Source of the DNA: Yuukianura sp. NJ FZ-2021
Taxonomy: Eukaryota
DNA: 64,000 nt
NCBI GenBank assembly: GCA_046563655.1
Contig: JAJCTO010000011.1
Location: 434,001 to 498,000 of the forward strand
Direction of reading: 5' to 3'
Below the pieces are notes generated by a model. The model made no database searches. It was not told the DNA's origin and saw nothing but the letters and a program-made list of their open reading frames with translations. Each line of letters opens with the position of its first letter. Position 1 is the first letter of the stretch. Made by a program: the position numbers and the translations under genes. This document shows, piece after piece, positions 48,501-61,323 of the stretch.

Positions 48501-51500
48501 TTGCTAGTTATACATTGACGTTTTATGATTTTCACACGGTTTTTTGAAACCAGTGTATGTAAAATAAATTTAAAGAAATTTTTCACCTAACATCTGACCC
48601 CAGAATCATCGTTGAAGGGATATAAGGCCTTTGAAGAATTTTCAACTTTTACGCTATAGAGACTTGGTAGTAATACATTGACGTTTTATGATTTTCACAC
48701 GGTTTTTTGAAACCAGTGTAAAGCAATTTTTCACCTAACATCTGACGCAGATTCATCGTTGAAGGAATATAAGGCNNNNNNNNNNNNNNNNNNNNNNNNN
48801 NNNNNNNNNNNNNNNNNNNNNNNNNNNNNNNNNNNNNNNNNNNNNNNNNNNNNNNNNNNNNNNNNNNNNNNNNNNTATGATTTTCACGCGGTTTTTTGAA
48901 ACCAGTGCAAAGCAATTTTTCACCTAATATCTGACGCAGGCAGAATCATCGTTGAAGGGATATAAGGCCTTTGAAGAATTTTCAACTTCTACGCTATACG
49001 GACTTGCTAGTTAATACATTGACATTTTATAATTACACACGGTTTTTTGAAACCAGTGAATGTAAAATAAATTTAAAGAAATTTTTCACCTAACATCTGA
49101 CCCCATAATCATCGTTAAAGGGATATAAGCGCCGTTGAAGAATTTTTCAACTTTTTACGCTATAGGTACTTGGTAGTAATACATTGACAGTTTATGATTT
49201 TTGCACGGTTTTTTGAAACCAGTGTAAAGCAATTTTTCACATAACATCTGACGCAGAATCATCATGGAAGGGATATAAGGCTTTTGAAGAATTTTCAACT
49301 TTTACGCTATAGGGACTTGGTAGTAATACATTGACATTTTATGATTTTCATACGGTTTTTTGAAACCAACGTAAAGCAATTTGTCATGTAGCATCTGACG
49401 CAGAATCATCGTGGAAGGGATATAAGGCCTTTGAAGAATTTTCAACTTTTACGCTATACGGACTTGCTAGTTATACATTGACATTTTATGATTTTCACAC
49501 GGTTTTTTGAAACCAGTGTAAAGCCATTTTTCACCTAACATCTGACGCAGAATCATCGTGGAAGGGATATAAGGCCTTTGAAGAATTTTCAACTTCTACG
49601 CTATACGGACTTGCTAGTTAATACATTGACATTTTATAATTACACACGGTTTTTTGAAACCAGTGTATGTAAAATAAATTTAAAGAAATTTTTCACCTAA
49701 CATCTGACCCCAGAATCATCGTTGAAGGGATATAAGGCTTTCGAAGAATTTTCAACTTTTACGCTATACGGACTTGCTAGTTATACATTGACATTTTATG
49801 ATTTTCATACGGTTTTTTGAAACCAACGTAAAGCAATTTGTCATGTAGCATCTGACGCAGAATCATCGTGGAAGGGATATATGGCTTTCGAAGAATTTTC
49901 AACTTTTACGCTATAGAGACTTGGTAGTTATACATTGACATTTTATGATTTTCACACGGTTTTTTGAAACCAAGTGTAAAGAAATTTGTCAATGTAACAT
50001 CTGACGCAGAATCATCGTGGAAGGGATATAAGGCCTTTGAAGAATTTTCAACTTTCACGCTATAGAGACTTGGTAGTAATACATTGACGTTTTATGATTT
50101 TCACGCGGTTTTTTGAAACCAGTGCATGTAAAATAAAGCAATTTTTCACCTAACATCTGACGCAGAATCATCGTTGAAGGGATATAAGGCCTTTGAAGAA
50201 TTTTTCAACTTTTACGCTATACGGGACTTGGTAGTAATACATTGACATTTTATGATTTTTGCATACGGTTTTTTGAAACCAACGTGTAAAGCAATTTGTC
50301 ATGTAGCATCTGACGCAGAATCATCGTTGGAAGGGATATAATGGCCTTTCGAAGAATTTTCAACTTTTACGCTATACGGACTTGCTAGTTATACATTGAC
50401 ATTTTATGATTTTCACACGGTTTTTTGAAACCAGTGTAAAGCCATTTTTCACCTAACATCTGACGCAGAACCATCGTGGAAGGGATATAAGGCCTTTGAA
50501 GAATTTTCAACTTTTACGCTATACGGACTTGCTAGTTATACATTGACATTTTATAATTACACACGGTTTTTTGAAACCAGTGTACGTAAAATAAATTTAA
50601 AGAAATTTTTCACCTAACATCTGACCCCAGAATCATCGTTGAAGGGATATAAGGCCTTTGAAGAATTTTCAACTTTTACGCTATAGAGACTTGGTAGTAA
50701 TGCATTGACATTTTATGATTTTTACACGGTTTTTTGAAACCAGTGCAAAGCATTTTTTCACCTAACATCTGACGCAGAATCATCGTGGAAGGGATATAAG
50801 GCTTTTGAAGAATTTTCAACTTTTACGCTATACGGACTTGCTAGTTATACATTGACATTTTATGATTTTCACACGGTTTTTTGAAACCAGTGTAAAGCAA
50901 TTTGTCAACTAACATCTGACGCAGAATCATCGTGGAAGGGATATAAGGCCTTTGAAGAATTTTCAACTTTCACGCTATACGGACTTGCTAGTTATACATT
51001 GACATTTTATGATTTTCACACGGTTTTTTGAAACCAGTGTAAAGCAATTTGTCAACTAACATATGACGCAGAATCATCGTGGAAGGGATATAAGGCCTTT
51101 GAAGAATTTTCAACTTTCACGCTATAGAGACTTGGTAGTAATACATTGACGTTTTATGATTTTCACGCGGTTTTTTGAAACCAGTGCAAAGCAATTTTTC
51201 ACCTAATATCTGACGCAGAATCATCGTTGAAGGGATATAAGGCCTTTGAAGAATTTTCAACTTCTACGCTATACGGACTTGCTAGTTATACATTGACATT
51301 TTATAATTACACACGGTTTTTTGAAACCAGTGTATGTAAAATAAATTTAAAGAAATTTTTCACCTAACATCTGACCCCATAATCATCGTTAAAGGGATAT
51401 AAGGCCTTTGAAGAATTTTCAACTTTTACGCTATAGGGACTTGGTAGTAATACATTGACAGTTTATGATTTTTGCACGGTTTTTTGAAACCAGTGTAAAG

Positions 51501-54500
51501 CAATTTTTCACATAACATCTGACGCAGAATCATCATGGAAGGGATATAAGGCTTTTGAAGAATTTTCAACTTTTACGCTATAGGGACTTGGTAGTAATAC
51601 ATTGACATTTTATGATTTTCATACGGTTTTTTGAAACCAACGTAAAGCAATTTGTCATGTAGCATCTGACGCAGAATCATCGTGGAAGGGATATATGGCT
51701 TTCGAAGAATTTTCAACTTTTACGCTATACGGACTTGCTAGTTATACATTGACATTTTATGATTTTCACACGGTTTTTTGAAACCAGTGTAAAGCCAATT
51801 TTTCACCTAACATCTGACGCAGAATCATCGTGGAAGGGATATAAGGCCTTTGAAGAATTTTCAACTTCTACGCTATACGGACTTGCTAGTTATACATTGA
51901 CATTTTATAATTACACACGGTTTTTTGAAACCAGTGTATGTAAAATAAATTTAAAAAAATTTTTCACCTAACATCTGACCCCAGAATCATCGTTGAAGGG
52001 ATATATGGCTTTCGAAGAATTTTCAACTTTTACGCTATACGGACTTGCTAGTTATACATTGACAGTTTATGATTTTTGCACGGTTTTTTGAAACCAGTGT
52101 AAAGCAATTTTTCACATAACATCTGACGCAGAATCATCATGGAAGGGATATAAGGCTTTTGAAGAATTTTCAACTTTTACGCTATAGGGACTTGGTAGTA
52201 ATACATTGACATTTTATGATTTTCATACGGTTTTTTGAAACCAACGTAAAGCAATTTGTCATGTAGCATCTGACACAGAATCATCGTGGAAGGGATATAT
52301 GGCTTTCGAAGAATTTTCAACTTTTACGCTATAGAGACTTGGTAGTAATACATTGACATTTTATGATTTTCACACGGTTTTTTGAAACCAGTGTAAAGAA
52401 ATTTGTCAACTAACATCTGACGCAGAATCATCGTGGAAGGGATATAAGGCCTTTGAAGAATTTTCAACTTTCACGCTATAGAGACTTGGTAGTAATACAT
52501 TGACGTTTTATGATTTTCACGCGGTTTTTTGAAACCAGTGCAAAGCAATTTTTCACCTAATATCTGACGCAGAATCATCGTTGAAGGGATATAAGGCCTT
52601 TGAAGAATTTTCAACTTCTACGCTATACGGACTTGCTAGTTATACATTGACATTTTATAATTACACACGGTTTTTTGAAACCAGTGTATGTAAAATAAAT
52701 TTAAAGAAATTTTTCACCTAACATCTGACCCCATAATCATCGTTAAAGGGATATAAGGCCTTTGAAGAATTTTCAACTTTTACGCTATAGGGACTTGGTA
52801 GTAATACATTGACAGTTTATGATTTTTGCACGGTTTTTTGAAACCAGTGTAAAGCAATTTTTCACATAACATCTGACGCAGAATCATCATGGAAGGGATA
52901 TAAGGCTTTTGAAGAATTTTCAACTTTTACGCTATAGGGACTTGGTAGTAATACATTGACATTTTATGATTTTCATACGGTTTTTTGAAACCAACGTAAA
53001 GCAATTTGTCATGTAGCATCTGACGCAGAATCATCGTGGAAGGGATATATGGCTTTCGAAGAATTTTCAACTTTTACGCTATACGGACTTGCTAGTTATA
53101 CATTGACATTTTATGATTTTCACACGGTTTTTTGAAACCAGTGTAAAGCAATTTTTCACCTAACATCTGACGCAGAATCATCGTGGAAGGGATATAAGGC
53201 CTTTGAAGAATTTTCAACTTCTACGCTATACGGACTTGCTAGTTATACATTGACATTTTATAATTACACACGGTTTTTTGAAACCAGTGTATGTAAAATA
53301 AATTTAAAGAAATTTTTCACCTAACATCTGACCCCAGAATCATCGTTGAAGGGATATATGGCTTTCGAAGAATTTTCAACTTTTACGCTATACGGACTTG
53401 CTAGTTATACATTGACAGTTTATGATTTTTGCACGGTTTTTTGAAACCAGTGTAAAGCAATTTTTCACATAACAGCTGACGCAGAATCATCATGGAAGGG
53501 ATATAAGGCTTTTGAAGAATTTTCAACTTTTACGCTATAGGGACTTGGTAGTAATACATTGACATTTTATGATTTTCATACGGTTTTTTGAAACCAACGT
53601 AAAGCAATTTGTCATGTAGCATCTGACGCAGAATCATCGTGGAAGGGATATATGGCTTTCGAAGAATTTTCAACTTTTACGCTATAGAGACTTGGTAGTA
53701 ATACATTGACATTTTATGATTTTCACACGGTTTTTTGAAACCAGTGTAAAGAAATTTGTCAACTAACATCTGACGCAGAATCATCGTGGAAGGGATATAA
53801 GGCCTTTGAAGAATTTTCAACTTTTACGCTATAGGGACTTGGTAGTAATACATTGACAGTTTATGATTTTTGCACGGTTTTTTGAAACCAGTGTAAAGCA
53901 ATTTTTCACATAACATCTGACGCAGAATCATCATGGAAGGGATATAAGGCTTTTGAAGAATTTTCAACTTTTACGCTATAGGGACTTGGTAGTAATACAT
54001 TGACATTTTATGATTTTCATACGGTTTTTTGAAACCAACGTAAAGCAATTTGTCATGTAGCATCTGACGCAGAATCATCGTGGAAGGGATATATGGCTTT
54101 CGAAGAATTTTCAACTTTTACGCTATACGGACTTGCTAGTTATACATTGACATTTTATGATTTTCACACGGTTTTTTGAAACCAGTGTAAAGCCATTTTT
54201 CACCTAACATCTGACGCAGAATCATCGTGGAAGGGATATAAGGCCTTTGAAGAATTTTCAACTTTCACGCTATAGAGACTTGGTAGTAATACATTGACGT
54301 TTTATGATTTTCACGCGGTTTTTTGAAACCAGTGCAAAGCAATTTTTCACCTAACATCTGACGCAGAATCATCGTTGAAGGGATATAAGGCCTTTGAAGA
54401 ATTTTCAACTTTTACGCTATAGGGACTTGGTAGTAATACATTGACATTTTATGATTTTCATACGGTTTTTTGAAACCAACGTAAAGCAATTTGTCATGTA

Positions 54501-57500
54501 GCATCTGACGCAGAATCATCGTGGAAGGGATATATGGCTTTCGAAGAATTTTCAACTTTTACGCTATAGGGACTTGGTAGTAATACATTGACATTTTATG
54601 ATTTTCACACGGTTTTTTGAAACCAGTGTAAAGAAATTTGTCAACTAACATCTGACGCAGAATCATCGTGGAAGGGATATAAGGCCTTTGAAGAATTTTC
54701 AACTTTCACGCTATAGAGACTTGGTAGTAATACATTGACGTTTTATGATTTTCACGCGGTTTTTTGAAACCAGTGCAAAGCAATTTTTCACCTAACATCT
54801 GACGCAGAATCATCGTTGAAGGGATATAAGGCATTTGAAGAATTTTCAACTTCTACGCTATACGGACTTGCTAGTTATACATTGACATTTTATAATTACA
54901 CACGGTTTTTTGAAACCAGTGTATGTAAAATAAATTTAAAGAAATTTTTCACCTAACATCTGACCCCATAATCATCGTTAAAGGGATATAAGGCCGTTGA
55001 AGAATTTTCAACTTTTACGCTATAGGGACTTGGTAGTAATACATTGACAGTCTATGATTTTTGCACGGTTTTTTGAAACCAGTGTAAAGCAATTTTTCAC
55101 ATAACATCTGACGCAGAATCATCATGGAAGGGATATAAGGCTTTTGAAGAATTTTCAACTTTTACGCTATAGAGACTTGGTAGTAATACATTGACATTTT
55201 ATGATTTTCATACGGTTTTTTGAAACCAACGTAAAGCAATTTGTCATGTAGCATCTGACGCAGAATCATCGTGGAAGGGATATATGGCTTTCGAAGAATT
55301 TTCAACTTTTACGCTATACGGACTTGCTAGTTATACATTGACATTTTATGATTTTCACACGGTTTTTTGAAACCAGTGTAAAGCAATTTTTCACCTAACA
55401 TCTGACGCAGAATCATCATGGAAGGGATATAAGGCTTTTGAAGAATTTTCAACTTTTACGCTATAGAGACTTGGTAGTAATACATTGACGTTTTATGATT
55501 TTCACACGGTTTTTTGATACCAGTGCAAAGCAATTTTTCATCTAACATCTGACGCAGAATCATCGTGGAAGGGATATAAGGCTTTTGAGGAATTTTCAAC
55601 TTTTACGCTATAGAGACTTGGTAGTAATACATTGACATTTTATGATTTTTACACGGTTTTTTGAAACCAGTGTAAAGCAATTTTTCACCTAACATATGAC
55701 GCAGAATCATCGTGGAAGGGATATAAGGCTTTTGAAGAATTTTCAACTTTTACGCTACACGGACTTGGTAGTAATACATTGACATTTTATGATTTTCACA
55801 CGGTTTTTTGAAACCAGTGTAAAGCAATTTTTCACCTAACATCTGACGCAGAATCATCGTGGAATGGATGTAAGGCCTTTGAAGAATTTTCAACTTTTAC
55901 GCTATAGAGACTTGGTAGTAATACATTGACATTTTATGATTTTTACACGGTTTTTTGAAACCAGTGTAAAGCAATTTTTCACCTAACATATGACGCAGAA
56001 TCATCGTGGAAGGGATATAAGGCTTTTGAAGAATTTTCAACTTTTACGCTATACGGACTTGCTGGTTATACATTGACATTTTATGATTTTCACACGGTTT
56101 TTTGAAACCATTGTATGTAAAATAAATTTAAAGAAATTTTTCACCTAACATCTGACCCCATAATCATCGTTAAAGGGATATAAGGCCTTTGAAGAATTTT
56201 CAACTTTTACGCTATAGAGACTTGGTAGTAATACATTGACGTTTTATGATTTTCACGCGGTTTTTTGAAACCAGTGCAAAGCATTTTTCACCTAATATCT
56301 GACGCAGGCAGAATCATCGTTGAAGGGATATAAGGCCTTTGAAGAATTTTCAACTTCTACGCTATACGGACTTGCTAGTTATACATTGACATTTTATAAT
56401 TACACACGGTTTTTTGAAACCAGTGAATGTAAAATAAATTTAAAGAAATTTTTCACCTAACATCTGACCCCATAATCATCGTTAAAGGGATATAAGGCCG
56501 TTGAAGAATTTTCAACTTTTACGCTATAGGGACTTGGTAGTAATACATTGACAGTTTATGATTTTTGCACGGTTTTTTGAAACCAGTGTAAAGCAATTTT
56601 TCACATAACATCTGACGCAGAATCATCATGGAAGGGATATAAGGCTTTTGAAGAATTTTCAACTTTTACGCTATAGGGACTTGGTAGTAATACATTGACA
56701 TTTTATGATTTTCACGCGGTTTTTTGAAACCAACGTAAAGCAATTTGTCATGTAGCATCTGACGCAGAATCATCGTGGAAGGGATATATGGCTTTCGAAG
56801 AATTTTCAACTTTTACGCTATACGGACTTGCTAGTTATACATTGACATTTTATGATTTTCACACGGTTTTTTGAAACCAGTGTAAAGCCATTTTTCACCT
56901 AACATCTGACGCAGAATCATCGTGGAAGGGATATAAGGCCTTTGAAGAATTTTCAACTTCTACGCTATACGGACTTGCTAGTTATACATTGACATTTTAT
57001 AATTACACACGGTTTTTTGAAACCAGTGTATGTAAAATAAATTTAAAGAAATTTTTCACCTAGCATCTGACCCCAGAATCATCGTGAAAGGGATATAAGG
57101 CTTTTGAAGAATTTTCAACTTTTACGCTATAGAGACTTGGTAGTAATACATTGACGTTTTATGATTTTCACGCGGTTTTTTGAAACCAGTGCAAAGCAAT
57201 TTTTCACCTAATATCTGACGCAGAATCATCGTTGAAGGGATATAAGGCCTTTGAAGAATTTTCAACTTCTACGCTATACGGACTTGCTAGTTATACATTG
57301 ACATTTTATAATTACACACGGTTTTTTGAAACCAGTGTATGTAAAATAAATTTAAAGAAATTTTTCACCTAACATCTGACCCCATAATCATCGTTAAAGG
57401 GATATAAGGCCTTTGAAGAATTTTCAACTTTTACGCTATAGGGACTTGGTAGTAATACATTGACAGTTTATGATTTTTGCACGGTTTTTTGAAACCAGTG

Positions 57501-60500
57501 TAAAGCAATTTTTCACATAACATCTGACGCAGAATCATCATGGAAGAGATATAAGGCTTTTGAAGAATTTTCAACTTTTACGCTATAGGGAGTTGGTAGT
57601 AATACATTGACATTTTATAATTACACACGGTTTTTTGAAACCAGTGTATGTAAAATAAATTTAAAGAAATTTTTCACCTAACATCTGACCCCATAATCAT
57701 CGTTAAAGGGATATAAGGCCTTTGAAGAATTTTCAACTTTTACGCTATAGGGACTTGGTAGTAATACATTGACAGTTTATGATTTTTGCACGGTTTTTTG
57801 AAACCAGTGTAAAGCAATTTTTCACATAACATCTGACGCAGAATCATCATGGAAGGGATATAAGGCTTTTGAAGAATTTTCAACTTTTACGCTATACGGA
57901 CTTGCTGGTTATACATTGACATTTTATGATTTTCACACGGTTTTTTGAAACCATTGTATGTAAAATAAATTTAAAGAAATTTTTCACCTAACATCTGACC
58001 CCAGAATCATCGTTGAAGGGATATAAGGCCTTTGAAGAATTTTCAACTTTTACGCTATAGAGACTTGGTAGTAATACATTGACGTTTTATGATTTTCACA
58101 CGGTTTTTTGATACCAGTGCAAAGCAATTTTTCACCTAACATCTGACGCAGAATCATCGTGGAAGGGATATAAGGCTTTTGAAGAATTTTCAACTTTTAC
58201 GCTATACGGACTTGCTGGTTATACATTGACATTTTATGATTTTCACACGGTTTTTTGAAACCATTGTATGTGAAATAAATTTAAAGAAATTTTTCACCTA
58301 ACATCTGACCCCAGAATCATCGTTGAAGGGATATAAGGCCTTTGAAGAATTTTCAACTTTTACTTTTGAAGAATTTTTAACTTTTACGCTATAGAGACTT
58401 GGTAGTAATACATTGACGTTTTATGATTTTCACACGGTTTTTTGAAACCAGTGCAAAGCAATTTTTCATCTAACATCTGACGCAGAATCATCGTGGAATG
58501 GATGTAAGGCCTTTGAAGAATTTTCAACTTTTACGCTATAGAGACTTGGTAGTAATACATTGACATTTTATGATTTTTACACGGTTTTTTGAAACCAGTG
58601 TAAAGCAATTTTTCACCTAACATCTGACGCAGAATCATCGTGGAAGGGATATAAGGCTTTTGAAGAATTTTCGACTTTTACGCTATGCGGACTTGCTAGT
58701 TATACATTGACATTTTATGATTTTCACACGGTTTTTTGAAATCATTGTAAAGCAATTTGTCACCTAACATCTGACGCAGAATCATCGTCGAAGGGATATA
58801 AGGCCTTTGAAGAATTTTCAACTTTTACGCTATACGGACTTGCTAGTTATACATTGACATTTTATAATTACACACGGTTTTTTGAAACCAGTGTATGTAA
58901 AATAAATTTAAAGAAATTTTTCACCTAACATCTGACCCCAGAATCATCGTTGAAAGGATATAAGGCTTTTGAAGAATTTTCAACTTTTACGCTATACGGA
59001 CTTGCTAGTTATACATTGACATTTTATAATTACACACGGTTTTTTGAAACCAGTGTATGTAAAATAAATTTAAAGAAATTTTTCACCTAACATCTGACCC
59101 CATAATCATCGTTAAAGGGATATAAGGCCTTTGAAGAATTTTCAACTTTTACGCTATAGGGACTTGGTAGTAATACATTGACAGTTTATGATTTTTGCAC
59201 GGTTTTTTGAAACCAGTGTAAAGCAATTTTTCACATAACATCTGACGCAGAATCATCATGGAAGGGATATAAGGCTTTTGAAGAATTTTCAACTTTTACG
59301 CTATACGGACTTGCTGGTTATACATTGACATTTTATGATTTTCACACGGTTTTTTGAAACCATTGTATGTAAAATAAATTTAAAGAAATTTTTCACCTAA
59401 CATCTGACCCCAGAATCATCGTTGAAGGGATATAAGGCCTTTGAAGAATTTTCAACTTTTACGCTATAGAGACTTGGTAGTAATACATTGACGTTTTATG
59501 ATTTTCACACGGTTTTTTGATACCAGTGCAAAGCAATTTTTCACCTAACATCTGACGCAGAATCATCGTGGAAGGGATATAAGGCTTTTGAAGAATTTTC
59601 AACTTTTACGCTATACGGACTTGCTGGTTATACATTGACATTTTATGATTTTCACACGGTTTTTGAAACCATTGTATGTGAAATAAATTTAAAGAAATTT
59701 TTCACCTAACATCTGACCCCAGAATCATCGTTGAAGGGATATAAGGCCTTTGAAGAATTTTCAACTTTTACTTTTGAAGAATTTTTAACTTTTACGCTAT
59801 AGAGACTTGGTAGTAATACATTGACGTTTTATGATTTTCACACGGTTTTTTGAAACCAGTGCAAAGCAATTTTTCATCTAACATCTGACGCAGAATCATC
59901 GTGGAATGGATGTAAGGCCTTTGAAGAATTTTCAACTTTTACGCTATAGAGACTTGGTAGTAATACATTGACATTTTATGATTTTTACACGGTTTTTTGA
60001 AACCAGTGTAAAGCAATTTTTCACCTAACATCTGACGCAGAATCATCGTGGAAGGGATATAAGGCTTTTGAAGAATTTTCAACTTTTACGCTATGCGGAC
60101 TTGCTAGTTATACATTGACATTTTATGATTTTCACACGGTTTTTTGAAATCATTGTAAAGCAATTTGTCACCTAACATCTGACGCAGAAGCATCGTCGAA
60201 GGGATATAAGGCCTTTGAAGAATTTTCAACTTTTACGCTATACGGACTTGCTAGTTATACATTGACATTTTATAATTACACACAGTTTTTTGAAACAAGT
60301 GTATGTAAAATAAATTTAAAGAAATTTTTCACCTAACATCTGACCCCAGAATCATCGTTGAAGGGATATAAGGCCTTTGAAGAATTTTCAACTTTTACGC
60401 TATAGAGACTTGGTAGTAATACATTGACGTTTTATGATTTTCACACGGTTTTTTGAAACCAGTGTAAAGCAATTTTTCACCTAACATCTGACGCAGAATC

Positions 60501-61323
60501 ATCGTCGAAGGGATATAAGGCCTTTGAAGAATTTTCAACTTTTACGCTATAGAGACTTGGTAGTAATACATTGACATTTTATGATTTTCACACGGTTTTT
60601 TGAAACCAGTGTAAAGCAATTTTTCACCTAACATCTGACGCAGAATCATCGTGGAATGGATGTAAGGCCTTTGAAGAATTTTCAACTTTTACGCTATAAA
60701 GACTTGGTAGTAATACATTGACATTTTATGATTTTCACACGGTTTTTTGAAACCAGTGTAAAGCAATTTTTCACCTAACATCTGACGCAGAATCATCGTG
60801 GAATGGATGTAAGGCCTTTGAAGAATTTTCAACTTTTACGCTATAAAGACTTGGTAGTAATACATTGACATTTTATGATTTTCACACGGTTTTTTGAAAC
60901 CAGTGTAAAGCAATTTTTCACCTAACATCTGACGCAGAACCATCGTGGAAGGGATATAAGGCTTTTGAAGAATTTTCAACTTTTGCGCTATACGGACTTG
61001 GTAGTAATACATTGACATTTTATAATTTTCATACGGTTTTTTGAAACCAGTGTAAAGCAATTTGTCACCTAACATCTGACGCAGAATCATCGTGGAAGGG
61101 ATATAAGGCCTTTGAAGAATTTTCAACTTTTACGCTATACGGACTTGGTAGTAATACATTGACATTTTAGGATTTTCACACGGTTTTTTGAAACTAGTGT
61201 AAAGCAATTTGTCACCTAACATCTGACGCAGAACCATCGTGGAAGGGATATAAGGCTTTTGAAGAATTTTCAACTTTTACGCTATACGGACTTGCGAGTT
61301 ATACATTGACATTTTATAATTAC
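36578..61323. repeat. Satellite DNA array, 147-bp monomer with a 162-bp variant and higher-order structure
   Basis: TACGCT starts at 36725, 36872, 37034 and 37181 give periods of 147/162/147. The long variant carries an extra ATGTAAAATAAATTT. Confidence 0.97.
48776..48875. other. Assembly gap (100 N); true satellite length unknown
   Basis: Run of N; indel-rich monomers just downstream suggest poor consensus quality. Confidence 0.99.

Noticed and set aside
48876..50350. Novel indel-bearing satellite variants
   Set aside because: They cluster next to the assembly gap and look like consensus errors merging two variants.
36578..61323. Satellite as a CRISPR array or coding repeat (unit lengths divisible by 3; a minus-strand stop site varies among TAA/TGA/TAG)
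   Set aside because: No unique spacers and the context is eukaryotic. Every unit has at least one stop and many have a second; short ORFs at 48649, 51759 and 60836 are chance read-throughs, and the stop variants are simple transitions.
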